A stretch of 64,000 bases of DNA from Octopus sinensis (lineage: Eukaryota). Under the pieces are notes generated by a model. It saw only the letters and a list, made by a program, of their open reading frames with translations. It ran no database searches and was not told the DNA's origin. The position numbers and the translations under genes were made by a program. Shown in pieces: positions 25,931-41,036 of this stretch (its first letter is position 1; every line of letters begins with the position of its first letter). The DNA is taken from the NCBI RefSeq assembly GCF_006345805.1, contig NC_043013.1, positions 37,262,001 to 37,326,000 on the forward strand. Direction: 5' to 3'.

Positions 25931-26717
25931 TCAGAATGTACAAAACATAGGCGATTGATTAAATATTTTCCCTTCCAGTTACGCGTACCGATTTAGAGGT
26001 CGTCATATGGCATGCTGGATACGGGTCAGCAGTCGGTGATGAAGTAATCAAAGACTTTAGCCAAAGTCTTTAATGAATTTCAAAGATGAGGTGGACAGAA
26101 AGGATCGTTTGAATGTTCGACGACATGGTACAACCAGTAATTCAAATATGAAACCAGTTCTGACACATTGTGCCATAGTCATTAAACATAACAGTTACCT
26201 CAAGAACACACCTGTCTATGCTGGAGCATGTTTCCCCAGTCCTAAAAGAGCTTTGTTACAGGTATGTAAACCAAGCAACATCCTGTTTCCAGCAGAGACA
26301 GAAACTGACAACCGGAAAACCAATCACAAATACACATATATACATGTATAACCCCTTGGGCATAAAGGTAGGTTAAATGAAGCATTCAATCCAAGTTATG
26401 TGTTACAAACATTGTCGAAGTCCAGACTAATACCGAAATTCTTTATGTGTAGAAAATCTTGGTTTTACAACGGTTAAACTGCTGTGCGGGTGACATAAAT
26501 AGTAATCTATAATCCAAGTAATAATACCTAAGACAAATAAATACTTGAAAACATCTTCATTGATTCGTTACTATTGTTTTTGTACCAGCTTGGAAATCAA
26601 AGTCACAGAGGGTTTTTGCATTCTCCTTTTCACCCATTACCTTTCCGATATATGTCCGATACCTGTCCGATTACCTGTCCGATAATGATAATAAAACAGC
26701 CCAAAATCTCCACTCGC

Positions 26718-26757
<40 letters not shown>
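26718..26757. repeat. (TAG)n
   Basis: Seen directly. Confidence 0.95.
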
Positions 26758-27032
26758 TAGTTATTGTTTCAAGTTTCGAGATATTGTTAAATGGATCATC
26801 ACCACATTGAATTGATCACTATCAAGCATTTGCGCAGTTCTACTTTAAATAGTGCTTCTCTACTTTGTTTCTAGTAACAAAGAAACGATAGTTTTCGCGA
26901 AAAAACTATATTGAAGGACCAAATCCATAACTATCTCCCGTTTTCCCTTTATTTTCCGCTTCATTAATCTCACTCCTTCTCTCTCTTTCATATTTGTCCG
27001 CAAAGTCACCAAGTCTCTATTATCCAATCCAT

Positions 27033-27132
<100 letters not shown>

Positions 27133-27364
27133 CCTGTGTAAAATGCCAGGCCGTTTTTTCTTGATGTTCTTTTGTAATTATGTAGTTACATAGGATGTGC
27201 TCATATATTGAATTTTTCTCCGATATGGTAATTACTCCCATAATCTTATTATTTCAGTGCCACATTCCCCACATTCTCAGGTCTACCACCACTTATTTCA
27301 TATTTATCCCTGTAAGACCATATATTCCTAACATAGCGAATCTATCTACCTATCTATCTATCTG

Positions 27365-27435
<71 letters not shown>

Positions 27436-27544
27436 GTCTCGCTCTCTCTTCCTCTCTCTTTATCTGTCTCTCTATGTGTATGAATATATATATATATATA
27501 TATATATATAGATATATATGTATGTATATATATATATATGTATA

Positions 27545-29296
27545 TACATATATAAAACTGAGAATGTGTGTATGTCTGTCTGTATGTGTGAATCTTTAAA
27601 ACATGAGATTTTGCCAACCGATTTCATTAAAAGTTTACACATGCATTACTTAGGGTCTGCGGAGTGTCATGGATGAAAATAGTTTCAGCTATTTGCCTAA
27701 TGCGAGCCCGAAGCTCTCTTTTACACTGCTTCGGTATTACGTGTCAAAGGATAATGTTGTTTCACTTTCATTCTTTTACATTTAATTCTAATGTGATAAG
27801 ACTATAATATTGATTCACTTTTATTCTTTCACTTTTAATTGTAATGCGACAACACTAAGATCGTCTTATTTCTATTGTATTTGAAATAAATGAATAATTC
27901 ATTTCCTAATGCGAACAACATTACGCCTCGGCAGCTTTACGACTTTAAGTTCACAGCGGCGTAGTGGTGTGTTGACTGACATAACGAAGGGCTAGAATGG
28001 TGTGGCGGGTCCAATGTATATAAAAATACACATTTACCGTTCAATTACAAGTTAATAATTATCGCAGCAGTTTCAAGTTTGCAAGGTATTTAAAGTTACA
28101 TATTAACCCTTAAATTAATATTTAATACATGTGCTTATCTATAATAATTATTTTGGCATTTACTGTTACAGTAGCAGTTCGTACAAGTGTTTCTATTTGG
28201 TTAATTTACACTGCATAATAAAATAAAGACATACAATACAGATTAATGTATACTCTTTTGTATGTTCATAATATTTTATTTACAATATTGAAAAACTTTG
28301 CCACCAAAGAAAAGACGTGATCTCTCCGGAAACAAATACAAAGCAAGGAGGATTGTAGAAAATCGAAAGTGAGAGCGTCAACAGAGAAGGGAGATGAGAC
28401 TTTCTCAAGATCAGCAAAGGCATACTGCAGCTCATCAGATGGAGTCTCAATACAGAAAGGAGAAGAGTCTTTCAGAAGATCAGCAAAGTCATGCTGGAGC
28501 ATTTAATGCTGAATCATTAAAACAAGGTTTTAATGATTAGCCAGAGGTCCAATAGAATAGCTCTCAGAAACAGAACACGTACAAATTAGTTCTTCACAAC
28601 GACTGGAGCCGCTTTTAGATGTGTTCAATCCAATTCTTATAAAAATTCTTATAAAAATGATAATTCTGTCCACGTTGGTGTGCTAAACTCAAATTGTCGT
28701 ATCTGCAAAGCTTTAAAGTTTCTAAATGAAACAAATGGCATGTGCTGCTTGGGCGGTGAAGTATGATTGCCAGCACTGCGAGCTCCTGATCAACCTCTTA
28801 TGGATCTTCTGGAAGGCACTTCCATGCAATCAAAGGATATTCTGAACAATATCAAACAATGCAACTCTGCATTTCAAATGACATCGTTTGGTGCATTTAA
28901 GGAGATAGCTGAACATGGATTTATGCCGATGTTCAAAGTGCAAGAGCAAGTCTGTCACCTCATTGCCACCCTGTAACCCAAAAATCAACAACAAAACTTC
29001 AGACAATGGGTCGTGTAACACGCAGCACCGACCGCAGCAAAGGGGATTATATGCACTGACAGATTTTCGGTGCGTTCAAAAATCACATTCGCCCCGTCTC
29101 CAATTTTACATGACATGTTAAGGCCTGAAATCCTCTAAACGGACGCATGACATATCGCTTCGTCAAATCAGCCCACAAATAATTTGTCGTCAATGCTGCA
29201 CTTTCCCGTAATACCTATTTCAGAATAACTGTAATATATATATATATATACATATTTGCCATTTTAATCCAGAGCAACGCCGGGTATCTCTGCTAG
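27545..29296 (+). mobile_element. Internally deleted Helitron carrying a RepHel 5' remnant
   Basis: 5' atatataaaactgagaatgtgtgtatgtctgtc (exact start uncertain); 3' gagcaacgccgggtatctctgCTAG|T at 29293-29297. Confidence 0.8.
28298..29200 (+). pseudogene. Helitron RepHel N-terminal pseudogene fragment
   Basis: LPPKKRR..ERQQRREMRLSQDQQRHTAA (charged repeats); after a frameshift, AAFRC..VHVGVLNSNCRICKALKFLNETNGMCCLGGEV*LPALRAPDQPLMDLL..SKDILNNIKQCNSAFQMTSFGA..GFMPMFKVQEQVCHLI. Matches the Helitron CxxC-ALKF-E-CC-G-V-LP / N-S-FQMTSFG / FKVQGQVYH motifs. Has stops, a frameshift and a 12-bp in-frame duplication. Confidence 0.9.
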
Positions 29297-30563
29297 TATT
29301 TATATATGTGTATATATATTAATATATAGTATATATATATATTATAATATAATATATAGTATAATATTATATATAGATATATATATATATATATAATTAC
29401 ATACATATGTATGATCTATATATATATTTATATATTGATAATTGCCCTATATTCATAGCTGATTACATGGATGTGATGAAAATGATGTCAACATAGAGAC
29501 ATGTGTACATCACTGGAATACCGCGAATAACACTCTATGTATTTCCGTGATTAATAGCTAGCGCCTGGCTGAAGTAAGATGACAGGTAATTAGGAGAAAT
29601 ATCTGTTTATACTTGAGAGCGTCCCCCGGTTACAAAGATGCTGTGATAAGAGCTAGTGTCCCCGCACTGCTCAGTGGTTGTACTACACATTCTGACAACA
29701 AGTGTATTTCTGTGTCACCACACTTAAATGGAATGCCATCTCGTGTGCTAGTTAACCCATAGCTTCCACCGTGACAGGTGGTACTAATCTGAGCCTGAAT
29801 CCATTTGAGAACAATAGAGTCTAAGACGTTGTTCCACACTGCTTCAACCAGAGATTGTCAAGATGTTGCAGATTAAAGTCGAACCCAGGTAACGTGTATT
29901 CATGCACGTATTGGGATAATTTTGCGTTACAAATTACTAACTAGTTAGCGTATGATAAAATAATTATTTGACGTTCGGCTCTGTCATTGTCTCAAATATA
30001 TCAAAAACTATTTGCGACCTATCAGTCATACATTGCTAAGTATAATCCAAAATGCCGTTTGATTGACCGAAAATTTTCGCAAATCTTAAAAGCTACGTCA
30101 ACAGTATACACCGTTTTATGTATGTGTGTGTTTGTGTGTATGTGTGAGTGACTGAGTGAATGTTTGTGTGCATATGTATATGTGGGTATATGTAAGCATG
30201 CATACGCACTACGATTTTTTTACGGTTGATCCTTAAATTTCACCGTTGTTCTACTTACAAAAAATGTATAAACAGAAATAAAAATAAAGAAATAAATTCA
30301 CTGTAAAGTGATATTCTTTCTTAAAGAAAACGATAACTCACGTTTCGCTCGATAAAACGATAATATTGCTGTAAATAAAACTCCTTTCTTTTAACACCTT
30401 CTTATTGTCATATTATGTTTGTGTGCGTTTGTGTGTATGTGTATGCATGTGTATTACATGCATATATATACATATTGTGCGAATGTATGTATATATATAT
30501 ATATGTGTTATATATATATAGATATATTATATATCTATATATATATATTATATTATATATTTG

Positions 30564-30595
<32 letters not shown>

Positions 30596-30598
30596 TTG

Positions 30599-30684
<86 letters not shown>

Positions 30685-30842
30685 TACACATATCTTTCTG
30701 TAGGTGCATATGTCCTTATATTATATATATTATCATTATTATTATCTCTTTTACTCTTAATCATTTCAATCATCCCTCACGCCCAACATTGTTTTTTCCT
30801 TGTGTCATGTTTCTCCCCACACCTACCTTTTTCTCTCCTCTC

Positions 30843-30911
<69 letters not shown>

Positions 30912-31614
30912 TAGTAGCTCACTCACTTTCTATTTGCATTTCACTCACTTACTCAAGCAACACCAAAATGAAAACAGAAAATCTATGATAGTAATAAAAT
31001 AGAAAAGACAATATCGGTTCCCCCTTTATCTGTATTTCCCTTACATTCTTTTGTCCTTTTTTTCTTTTCTGCCTACATTTCTTTCTTTACTTTTTTCTTT
31101 CTCCTTTCCTTTCACCCTATATTTTCTTTGCTCAATTCATGAAAACTATCTCCATTTCTCATTTCTTTTTCTATTCTTCTTTACTTTTTATGTCAATTCT
31201 GGTTCCAATTATCGACTGTGGGATGCACTTTACTTCTATCTATGCCATATGTTGATGAAATGAATAGAAAGAACGTTCTGGCTTGTAAATTCTACAACGT
31301 TCATGGTTTGAATTTACTCTTAAAATATAGGACACACAAGGTTAATCTTTCACATAGACAAGCAAAATTTATTTTGTTGTTTTTGTTGTTCCTTATGTTT
31401 TTTCTTTGTAAAGGAAACAGCAAAGATAATGGATGAGTCAAGGACGTTCATATATCCTATCTCTTAATGAAATGCTCTGAAACTGAACTATGTTTCACCT
31501 AGAAAAATAAAAGATATGGCCGTTAAATATTTCCGTCGATGGAAACCAGATTAACAATAATAATAACATTAAAAAAAACAACAAGAAGGAGAATAACAGC
31601 AATAGCAATAATAT

Positions 31615-31825
31615 TGATTTCAAATTTTGACACAAGGCCAGCATATTACGGGAGGGGGTAAGTCTTTCCATTGACCCAAGCGCTCAACTGATACATATTT
31701 TTCGACCCAGGAAGTATGGAGGGCAACGTCAACCTCAGAAAAATTTTGAACTTAGAGCGTAAAGACGGACGAAATGCCGCTAATCATTTGCTTGGCGTAG
31801 TAACGATACTGACAACTCAGCGTCC

Positions 31826-31826
<1 letters not shown>
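31615..31826 (-). mobile_element. SINE family C
   Basis: Reverse complement of family C (ttttgacacaaggccagc...gtaaagacggacgaaatgccgctaatcattt). Confidence 0.75.

Positions 31827-31898
<72 letters not shown>
31826..31898. repeat. (AAT)~24
   Basis: Seen directly. Confidence 0.98.
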
Positions 31899-31899
<1 letters not shown>

Positions 31900-32307
31900 C
31901 ATCCTGCTCTACATAATGCAACCTTGCAGGATGCATATTAGAAGTTGTTTCAGCAGATTTTCCACTGGGGCCCCTCCTTTTTTTTTTGTTTTTTGATGTT
32001 AGCCATGTGACGTGAGGAATTCTTTGGGGTTTGGATAATTCACCTCTGGAAACATGGGTGTTTCATTAAACAACCCTTATTCAGGGACCTTTTTAGTGGG
32101 ATAGGCTACTCAACCTGAAGAAAATTCTAACTGAGCCTGCAGGGTCATGCGCTGTTAATCTTGATATGAGATCTCCATGTCGCGCACATATGGTTGTGAT
32201 GCATGTGCCTGGTGTACCCTTATCAGATGGGTAGTCATGATGGGTATACTCGGCTTCGTATATTTTACCCCAGTGTCACTTTGATGTCATGCACTGCTCT
32301 CTCACTC
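31899..32307 (+). mobile_element. Unclassified insert bounded by (AAT)n arrays, probably a retroposon 3' end
   Basis: Complex sequence between two pure (AAT)n arrays, ending ctctcactc-(AAT)n, with an 11-bp inverted repeat atgcatcctgc/gcaggatgcat at the 5' junction. Only one copy is in the window, so repeat status is inferred. Confidence 0.45.

Positions 32308-32376
<69 letters not shown>
32308..32376. repeat. (AAT)~23
   Basis: Seen directly. Confidence 0.98.
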
Positions 32377-32378
<2 letters not shown>

Positions 32379-33090
32379 TTGTGTGTAAGGTTTTAGCACC
32401 GGTAGAATAGAAATTTAGACATGCCAGAGATGGCCAATATCTACACTCGATAATATATCGGGATTATAAAATCAAAATAGCTGACAAATGTTACAAGTAC
32501 CATCCTGAGGTTGAAACAGAGGGAAAATATGCAACGATTCTTTGGGACATTCCAGTATATAGAGAATAGACCGTCAAAGCTACGAATCAAGATAATGTTG
32601 TGAAACTGTCTATTGTTTGACATGAGCATGCCTTGTGATCATAATATCTCAGCAAAAGTATTTGATAAGCTTAGAAAATATAAAGTTTTGCTGAGTTAAA
32701 TCGTAAAAGGTGTAGTACCTCAAGACGGTTAGAATACCAGTGATTGTAGGAGCACTTGAAATGATCAAAAAGGGAACTATAAATTATTTGATGATGATCC
32801 CTGGCAGGAAGTGCAGAAAATTTCCCTAATTTTTACGTCACACATATTGAAAAGAGCAGTGTCGCTGTCAGTTTTCCTTCCTTTTTCCCCTTATTTTTCT
32901 TTATTACCTTTTTATCATATATTTTCCTTTTCTCTTATGTCTTTCCTCTGCATTTTTTTCTACTTCTATCACCTTACTTTGTAAATGATCAATCTGGCGT
33001 GTTTATTCTAATATCCTACCAACGTATACTGTGAGTCCTTGGTGTTGGGAGGCCAATCGGCAAGAAATGGAAACAATAATGAGAGATGAG

Positions 33091-33092
<2 letters not shown>
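32377..33092 (+). mobile_element. 5'-truncated R4/Dong-like (RLE) non-LTR retrotransposon
   Basis: From 32384: CKVLAPVE*KFRHARDGQYLHSIIYRDYKIKIADKCYKYHPEVETEGKYATILWDIP.., then CLLFDMSMPCDHNISAKVFDKLRKYK.., IPVIVGALEMIKKG.., QKISLIFTSHILKRAV. This is a zinc-knuckle tail plus a restriction-like endonuclease, followed by a 3' UTR and (AAT)n. Confidence 0.88.
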
Positions 33093-33189
<97 letters not shown>

Positions 33190-33198
33190 AAGAAGAAG
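33093..33198. repeat. (AAT)n-(AAG)n compound array
   Basis: Seen directly. Confidence 0.98.
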
Positions 33199-34823
33199 AT
33201 ATTCTTTCGTGTTAGTGTTACGAAATCGTGCGATTTTGGACAAGAATTGAACAATCAAGACTATATGAATTTTGTTGAATATTAATATAAGAAAAGTGTC
33301 GTGAACTACCAACACAAATAGGGAAATGCAAGAAACACTGAATCCAAAAGGGAGACAACCACATGAATCTAATAGGACCATCCCACCTACTATGGTTGAA
33401 GAATCCTAAAAAGGAAGACGTTTGACTTTCATCTGTGCTTTCCGATTTATATTCACTTCGGCCTTAATCACAACTCATACCAACAGTTCAGGAGACGTAA
33501 TGGTAAATAACATTTCTTAATTAACCGTTACCTTTTACTCCATGAAATATCCTCCATGAAATAGATAATAAGTATGATGAGAGATTAGCAGTTAGGGAAA
33601 ATATCTGACGAAATATTTTAAAACTTATTCTACATTATCACTTCACGGAAAATAGATGTTGGAGATATGTATCTGCCCACACTCTTCAACCAAAAGTAGC
33701 AAAATGAAGCTCACGGGGGATTCAAGTGAGGGAATGCGCGAGAACTTGTTTTCTTTTGAAAACAGCTACCCCTTATAGACGTTAAGGAAATATACACATT
33801 AGAAGGGGTAGCGGAATCTGAGACATCAGTGTTTCTGCTTTGATATTCCTCGTCATTGAGCGACACAGACATGGACTCCAATGTTTCACAAGGACCATTG
33901 GTTTATTTAAAGAATTACAAATTATTGTCTGAAGTATGACCAAGGTTTCTAATTTGTTATTAAGTCATTGAGGAGCCCACCCAACAACAAAGTTCAAAAT
34001 GGTGATCTTTTCTATTCAATTTATCATTTAGCCGCAGACTTGGTCATGAATATACGTTTTGAAGTCACGTTTCTTTTTCTGGAAACAAATTAACTTTAGA
34101 CAATATTTGTTGACAACAGAGGCTTCATTGATATAGCAGACTTTCATATATTGGTGTCCAGCACGTCCCTGTTTTTGAGAGTCAGTGCCAGAGAACTCTG
34201 AGATTAAACAAATGCAATTGCTTTTATTTTCAAAATTCGGTCAACAATATATTTGTGAATGAAGGTTAAAACGTACAAAGCTAGTATTAGTTTTGTGTAC
34301 AGACACACACACACCAACACAAAACACTCACTTATAGACACACGCACGTCAAGACACACACATGCATATAGCGATAAAAAGAATAGAGAGAAACAGAGTA
34401 AGTGAGAATGGGAGATAGGGACATAGTAGGTGCATCCGACACAAAAACCCACGGGAGTTTTGTTCGTAATCTTCGTGTTTTTTGGAATCGAGGAAAAAAA
34501 AAATTACTAATCCAAAAGCGAGACGGGCAAATCGGATGTCTAGCATTATTTATTTAGATCCATCCCAGAGCCTATGTGAGAAGTAGTGTTACAGTGCCAC
34601 CTATTAGCATACGCCCTGGAACGTTGGGTAGTCTTTATCAGAGATTCTGAAGTTGAAGGGACTGAACGGATACATATTACATTTAATGCTCAACACATTT
34701 GAAAGACAGAAGGACCCTTTTCAGGCAGTAGGGACTTTATCCGACCGAATTTCTTGAACATAAGATTCATATTTTTACAGTCAAATGAAGAAATCAAACA
34801 TACAAAAGGAATTTTAATTTTAG

Positions 34824-34894
<71 letters not shown>

Positions 34895-35510
34895 TTATCT
34901 GTCTGTCTCTCTATCAATTTGTCAGTCTATCTATGTCACTGGCTTGTTCATTTGAATTCTTCCGGTCATTGGACTATGGCCATACTGAATAGCCGCATTA
35001 AAGTATTAACTCCAACAAATCCGAAACTTTTTAAAGTTTATTAATGGTACTTTTGAAGATTTCCGAGGAACCGTTATATTATGGTGCCGTAGAACAAAAA
35101 GAAAAAGCCTACAGCGAATTGCAAGCTGTGCAGAGAGAGAGACACAGAGAAGCACAGTCACATACACACACACACATAGGAACGTGCACAAATATGTATG
35201 CATATTAACACAAAGGGATTCCACACAGTTTCTGTCCACAAATTTTAGATATGCAAGATACTGTAAGCGTGTGTCTTTGTGTTTATGGCACAGAAAAACG
35301 CGGACATAACATATAAATGTAAGAAGACTACATACTTTTAACGACATATAGATTAGAAGATTTATTTTATCTTTATATTAACCAAGTTAAGATGTAGCTA
35401 TAAGCTTTTGACTATGGTTACGCCTACCCTCACACGTACAAACCTACAACCATAACTGCGTTCATAAGAAAGCACAAGTACGTGTCGGTATATATAATAT
35501 ATATGTGTAT

Positions 35511-35557
<47 letters not shown>

Positions 35558-35597
35558 ATATATATATATATATATATTATAATATATAGATATATAT

Positions 35598-35667
<70 letters not shown>

Positions 35668-36463
35668 ATAACTTGCATATGTATATAACATAACAAATGT
35701 TAAATAAATGAATAAATATATAGAGAGATAAAAAAGAGAAAATCACTTCCAAGTATTTCGTTTCCGAATTTGACTAAGTGACGACTAATTCCTGTCGAAT
35801 ACTACTCCATTAATTTCGTCTTTTCTTACATCCGTAACCTAACAAACATCGATTTTTATTTCAGAAATATACTAATACATACTTTTACACATACGCGTAT
35901 CAATAGGAACATACCTGTATATACTTACGTTCCTACATACGAACACACAAAACAGACATATACGGATACAGACTCTTGGTCTCTGTCTATCTCTCTCTCT
36001 GTAACTCTCTCTTTCTCTCTCTCTCTCACACACACACAGACGTATATACACACAGATGTATATATATATATATACACAAACACTCATATATTACATTATA
36101 CTTATGAATATTTTTTTTTCTCAGGATAATCATTTAATGCGGGTTTTTTTTATTATTATTTTCTCCTTTGAAATCTTTTTCAGGTGTCTCTGATCATATT
36201 TTATAAAAGGTACATGAGACTTAAATAGAAATATAACGATTAAGTTTGCAAGAAAAAATATTAGTAATAAGAAGCGGGAGAAGAATACGTTGTAAAAAAA
36301 AAAAAAGCACCCACCACATAAAAAAAAAAATATCGAGATAAATTAAACATGGGAAAGATCAAACTAAAAAAAAAGGATAGATGGAGGAAATGAAAGGAAA
36401 AAGTAGGTAGACAGGCACACACAGACACACACACAAACACACACATACGCACACATATACAAA

Positions 36464-36526
<63 letters not shown>

Positions 36527-36561
36527 GTGTGTGTGTGTGTATAAACAAATGTGCATGTATG

Positions 36562-36634
<73 letters not shown>

Positions 36635-36814
36635 ATATATATATGTGTGTGTGTGTGTATATTACAGTATGTATCGTAGCTCTAAAATATACACATGCAC
36701 ACAGATATATACACTCATTATATCAACGTATCTGTGTGTGTCTGTTAATCTATTCATCTAGCGATATACATATATATATATATATAGATATGTATATACA
36801 TGCATACATATATG

Positions 36815-36850
<36 letters not shown>

Positions 36851-36989
36851 TGTATGTATGTATGTATGCATGCATGTGTAAATGCATATATATATTTATA
36901 TATATACATAGAATTATAGGTCTGTATATATATATATATTACATATATGTATGTATATATAAGTATGTACATATATATATATATATTAT

Positions 36990-37020
<31 letters not shown>

Positions 37021-37268
37021 GCATATGGGGAGAGAGATAGAGAAGGGCGATTGTTTAAGTAAGAACTGAGATTAAGAGTAGACATTTAGAGGACAGTGTG
37101 CGAAAACTGGTGTAGAAAGAGATTGAAAAATGAAAGCAATAACATAAGGGAGAGATAATGTAAAACTTTAAGAGCTGTGTTGCGAAGTAAACTTAAAGTA
37201 ATAATGAAGTGTAGAGAATCAGAAATACATATAGTGACATAAAATTTTTGAGTGATAGAAAATGTTAA

Positions 37269-37326
<58 letters not shown>

Positions 37327-38785
37327 TGAGAGAGACTGAAGAGAGAGATTGGGTTAGTGCAGTATATTCAATAGAGATAAATGCTTATAGATGAAGTGAG
37401 TGAGAGTGAAGGAGACTGATACGAAGCCCATTATGTAGAGCTAAATAGTCATATATCCTCAATTATTTCTTTTTATGGATCTTGTATAATCACATTTTGG
37501 GGTTACCTACCAAACCATTAGATATATTTACTTTTTAAGTGATTGCTAAATATATATATACGGTAAATGTCTAAATGCGTATCTGAATTAGTATAAGGGA
37601 ATTCACACGTTCGCACACATACACACACAGACACAAACACACACTCACACAAAATGTATGTACATCAATGTATACACATGTACAAATTTATGCCTATAAC
37701 ATACGCGCACGCATACTTACAAAACATAAACATGTATGTAGACATATATACACATGTACACATACACATATATATGTATATATATACATATAAATATATA
37801 TATATATATATATATAATATTAATGTTGTCGTTGTATATATATATATATATATATACGTACATACATGGAAACATACATTTATACATGTATACATTTTAC
37901 ATACATATATTATATCAATTCGTATATATGGGTATTTTCAAATCTTCATACATGATATTCATAAATTCACCTCTACTCGCAAATGTTATATACTACGAGA
38001 AAACATTTTTTTTTTAAATGATGCAAAAAAAAGAGAAAGCTCAAACAATGTCTAATTACCAGATCGAAATATTGTTTGTTTAAATATCTAAAATAAAAAT
38101 TACATGTACATATGTTAATCTAAATGTTATACACATAAAACAAATTAATGCGTGTGTGTGTGTGTGTGTAGATTTATGTTAGTGTATTTATGTACCCCTG
38201 TACATAATTCGTTCATCGGCCGCTGGCCATTCTGGGGCAAAATCTCGAGGGCTTCGTGTTGTGTAATTCACCCCAGGAATTAATTTATCCAAATCTTTCG
38301 TCGTATCACTATGCTACCTAATGCAAACAGACCAATACCGGTTGTCAATCGGTGGAGGAAAAAAAGAAACAAAAATTCACTCTGATATCAATACAAACAT
38401 ATAACTCTGTTCAATTCCTAGACCCGGTGGTGTGTTGTGTACCCGCGCAAAACACTTCATCTCACGTTGCTCTGCGATCACATCCACAACTGACGCGCGG
38501 CACATCGTACAATTGTTCAGACAACGTTGATTTGATGAAGAGAGTGACCTAATGTGCAGCACGAACATTTGATCACTAAAAACAAATCATTTGTTCAAGT
38601 CCCACGGGAAAACCTAAATGCCCATACGCGCTCTTCGACGGGAGTGGGCACCATGTTTATATAATATATAAATACACACGCGGAAACAAATATGTACAAA
38701 TATTATTGTGGGGTAGTTCACTTCTCTACATCTTCTAGTGTACTTCTCCGGGTTTATGTATTTATACAAACGGTCCTATATATGT

Positions 38786-38861
<76 letters not shown>

Positions 38862-38867
<6 letters not shown>

Positions 38868-39078
38868 GATCGTGGCCGTTGCCAGCCTGCACTGGCTCCT
38901 GTGCCGTGGCACGTAAAAAGCACCCACTACACTCACGGAGAGTGGTTGGTGTTAGGAAGGGCATCCAGCTGTAGAAACACTGCCAAATCAGACTGGAGCC
39001 TCGTGCAGCCTCCATGGCTTACCAGACCCCGGTCGAACCATCCAACATGGAAAACGGACGTTAAATGATGATGATGAT
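38862..39078 (+). mobile_element. SINE 3' part with ggaagggcatccagctgtagaa block and (GAT)n tail
   Basis: Ends catggaaaacggacgttaaa(tga)n, a retroposon-type tail. Superfamily not verified. Confidence 0.65.
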
Positions 39079-39252
39079 GATATATATATATATATATATA
39101 TATGTAAAATATTATTCGAGAAAAACCACTATTTTGCAAAACAAACAAGGAAAGACTTAATTAATACATAAAATATATATATACTATATATATTATATAT
39201 AATATATATATATACATGTAGATATAACATATGCGTGTGTGTGTATAATATA

Positions 39253-39299
<47 letters not shown>

Positions 39300-40684
39300 A
39301 TATATATGTATGTATATATGTATATATGTTCAAACTCACTCGCACTCACTTACATACACACAGACACACAAACACACATGTCCGGCTATGTGTGTATAGG
39401 CGGATGGTTCTGTGGCGTGTCTTGCAGTCTCCCTCGCAAGATCATAGTTTTGAAACCCAGATCTGGGGGTTCATTGCATTCTAGAGAGAACTATTTTATT
39501 TCAAGTTACCGTAGTCCAGTCCACTCAACTATAAATGAGTTGCCGCCGAGTCCCTTTACATGGTAGTTTGTGGTGTCGCTCAATTATACGATTATATATA
39601 TATATATACATACACGACGGGTTACTGAAAATTTATGGCTCTATGAACATCACGCAAGTTGTAATTGGATTTCTTTTTATGCTGTTCTGGGCTGCTGAGA
39701 CGTCCTCTTTTCTGTAACTTTGGAATATAATACTTCGAGCATGGATGGCATTTTGGTCTCATAGGTCACTCCTGATATTCATGCGATGTATTTTTTTTTG
39801 TCTCATGTCATCTTAACTTATACAACCCTCATAATTTGAAAATATCGAAATATGACACCATTTTGAGTTTGCTTGGTATCAGAAAAAAACCTTTGTTATT
39901 TTCGTGATACACAGACGTTATACTCTCATCTGCATAGGTTCTATAACTGAATGTGAAAAATTCTTTCCGGTGTGATGCACCAAGTTTGCGCCATTTAATA
40001 TCTCGGGAAAAACTTTCATATCGATGGTTTACCTGTTGGACAAAACATTACAAAAATTCGGTTTCTCCCGTTTACCTCTTTCTCTCTTTACCCCTAATAT
40101 GAGACATGTGTACATACTGATGACTTTCATTATTTTTAAACATGATTTCCACTCTACTGAGTTAAAATGACTGTGCTTTCATTTTCATTTTCGTTTGCAT
40201 ATTATTAACATTTTGCTTTGCAATTAAGTTAGCATTCCGATGCTACATGTTTTCAGTGTGTAAAATGTATGGTTTTGTATATTTTGTTGCAGCTTTGTTT
40301 TAGAGTTGAGTAATAAAACATTCATAGCGATTACAAGTTAATTCTAAATTTTTGTTCTATTTAGAAAGCTTCCGTACGTTGAAGATTAACACTGTTTGAA
40401 GTAAACCGCATGCAAAGATTTTGTGAGAAATATAAAACATATACCACTGGTATATTAACTTACCCTGAATCACCGAATTATAAATGGTACATGAGGGCAC
40501 AATGCCATAACATTTTAAATGAGTTACGTAACGTCGATTCCAGCCTCGGAAGTAGGTTTTTTACATTATTAAATTAAAGCAATGTGCTGGAAAAATATTA
40601 CCCTGCAATTTGTTCGGTGCTCAAGAGGCTCTACATGTCAGCGCTTTAGCAATAATAATCATTTCTATAAGTCTCTAAAAGATC

Positions 40685-40865
40685 TCAAAATTGGGAAGAA
40701 TGGGGTATTCGATTCCATTGACCTAGTATATGACTGGTATTGTATTTTTTTGACAGCGAAAGGATGATATGCGAAGTCGACCTCTGTGGAGTTTTAACTC
40801 AGAACGTAAAAACGGATGAAATACCGCTAAGGTTTTTCTGCCCGGCGTCCCCACGATTCTTCCAC
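40685..40865 (-). mobile_element. SINE family C
   Basis: gtcgacctctgtggagttttaactcagaacgtaaaaacggatgaaataccgctaagg, the reverse complement of the family C head. Confidence 0.75.
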
Positions 40866-40986
40866 CTCATCGCTTTAATAATAATAACAAAAATACAAAA
40901 ATAATAATGATAATAATGACGATGATAATAATATCCATATTCAGTAGGAATTGGTTTGTTACTACTAATCCAACTTGCTCAAGGTG

Positions 40987-41036
<50 letters not shown>

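Noticed and set aside
25979-26261. Possible exon (ttttcccttccAG acceptor, CAG|GTATGT donor, ORF from 26073)
   Set aside because: All three frames from the acceptor contain stops, the peptide is unrecognisable, and no partner exon was found.
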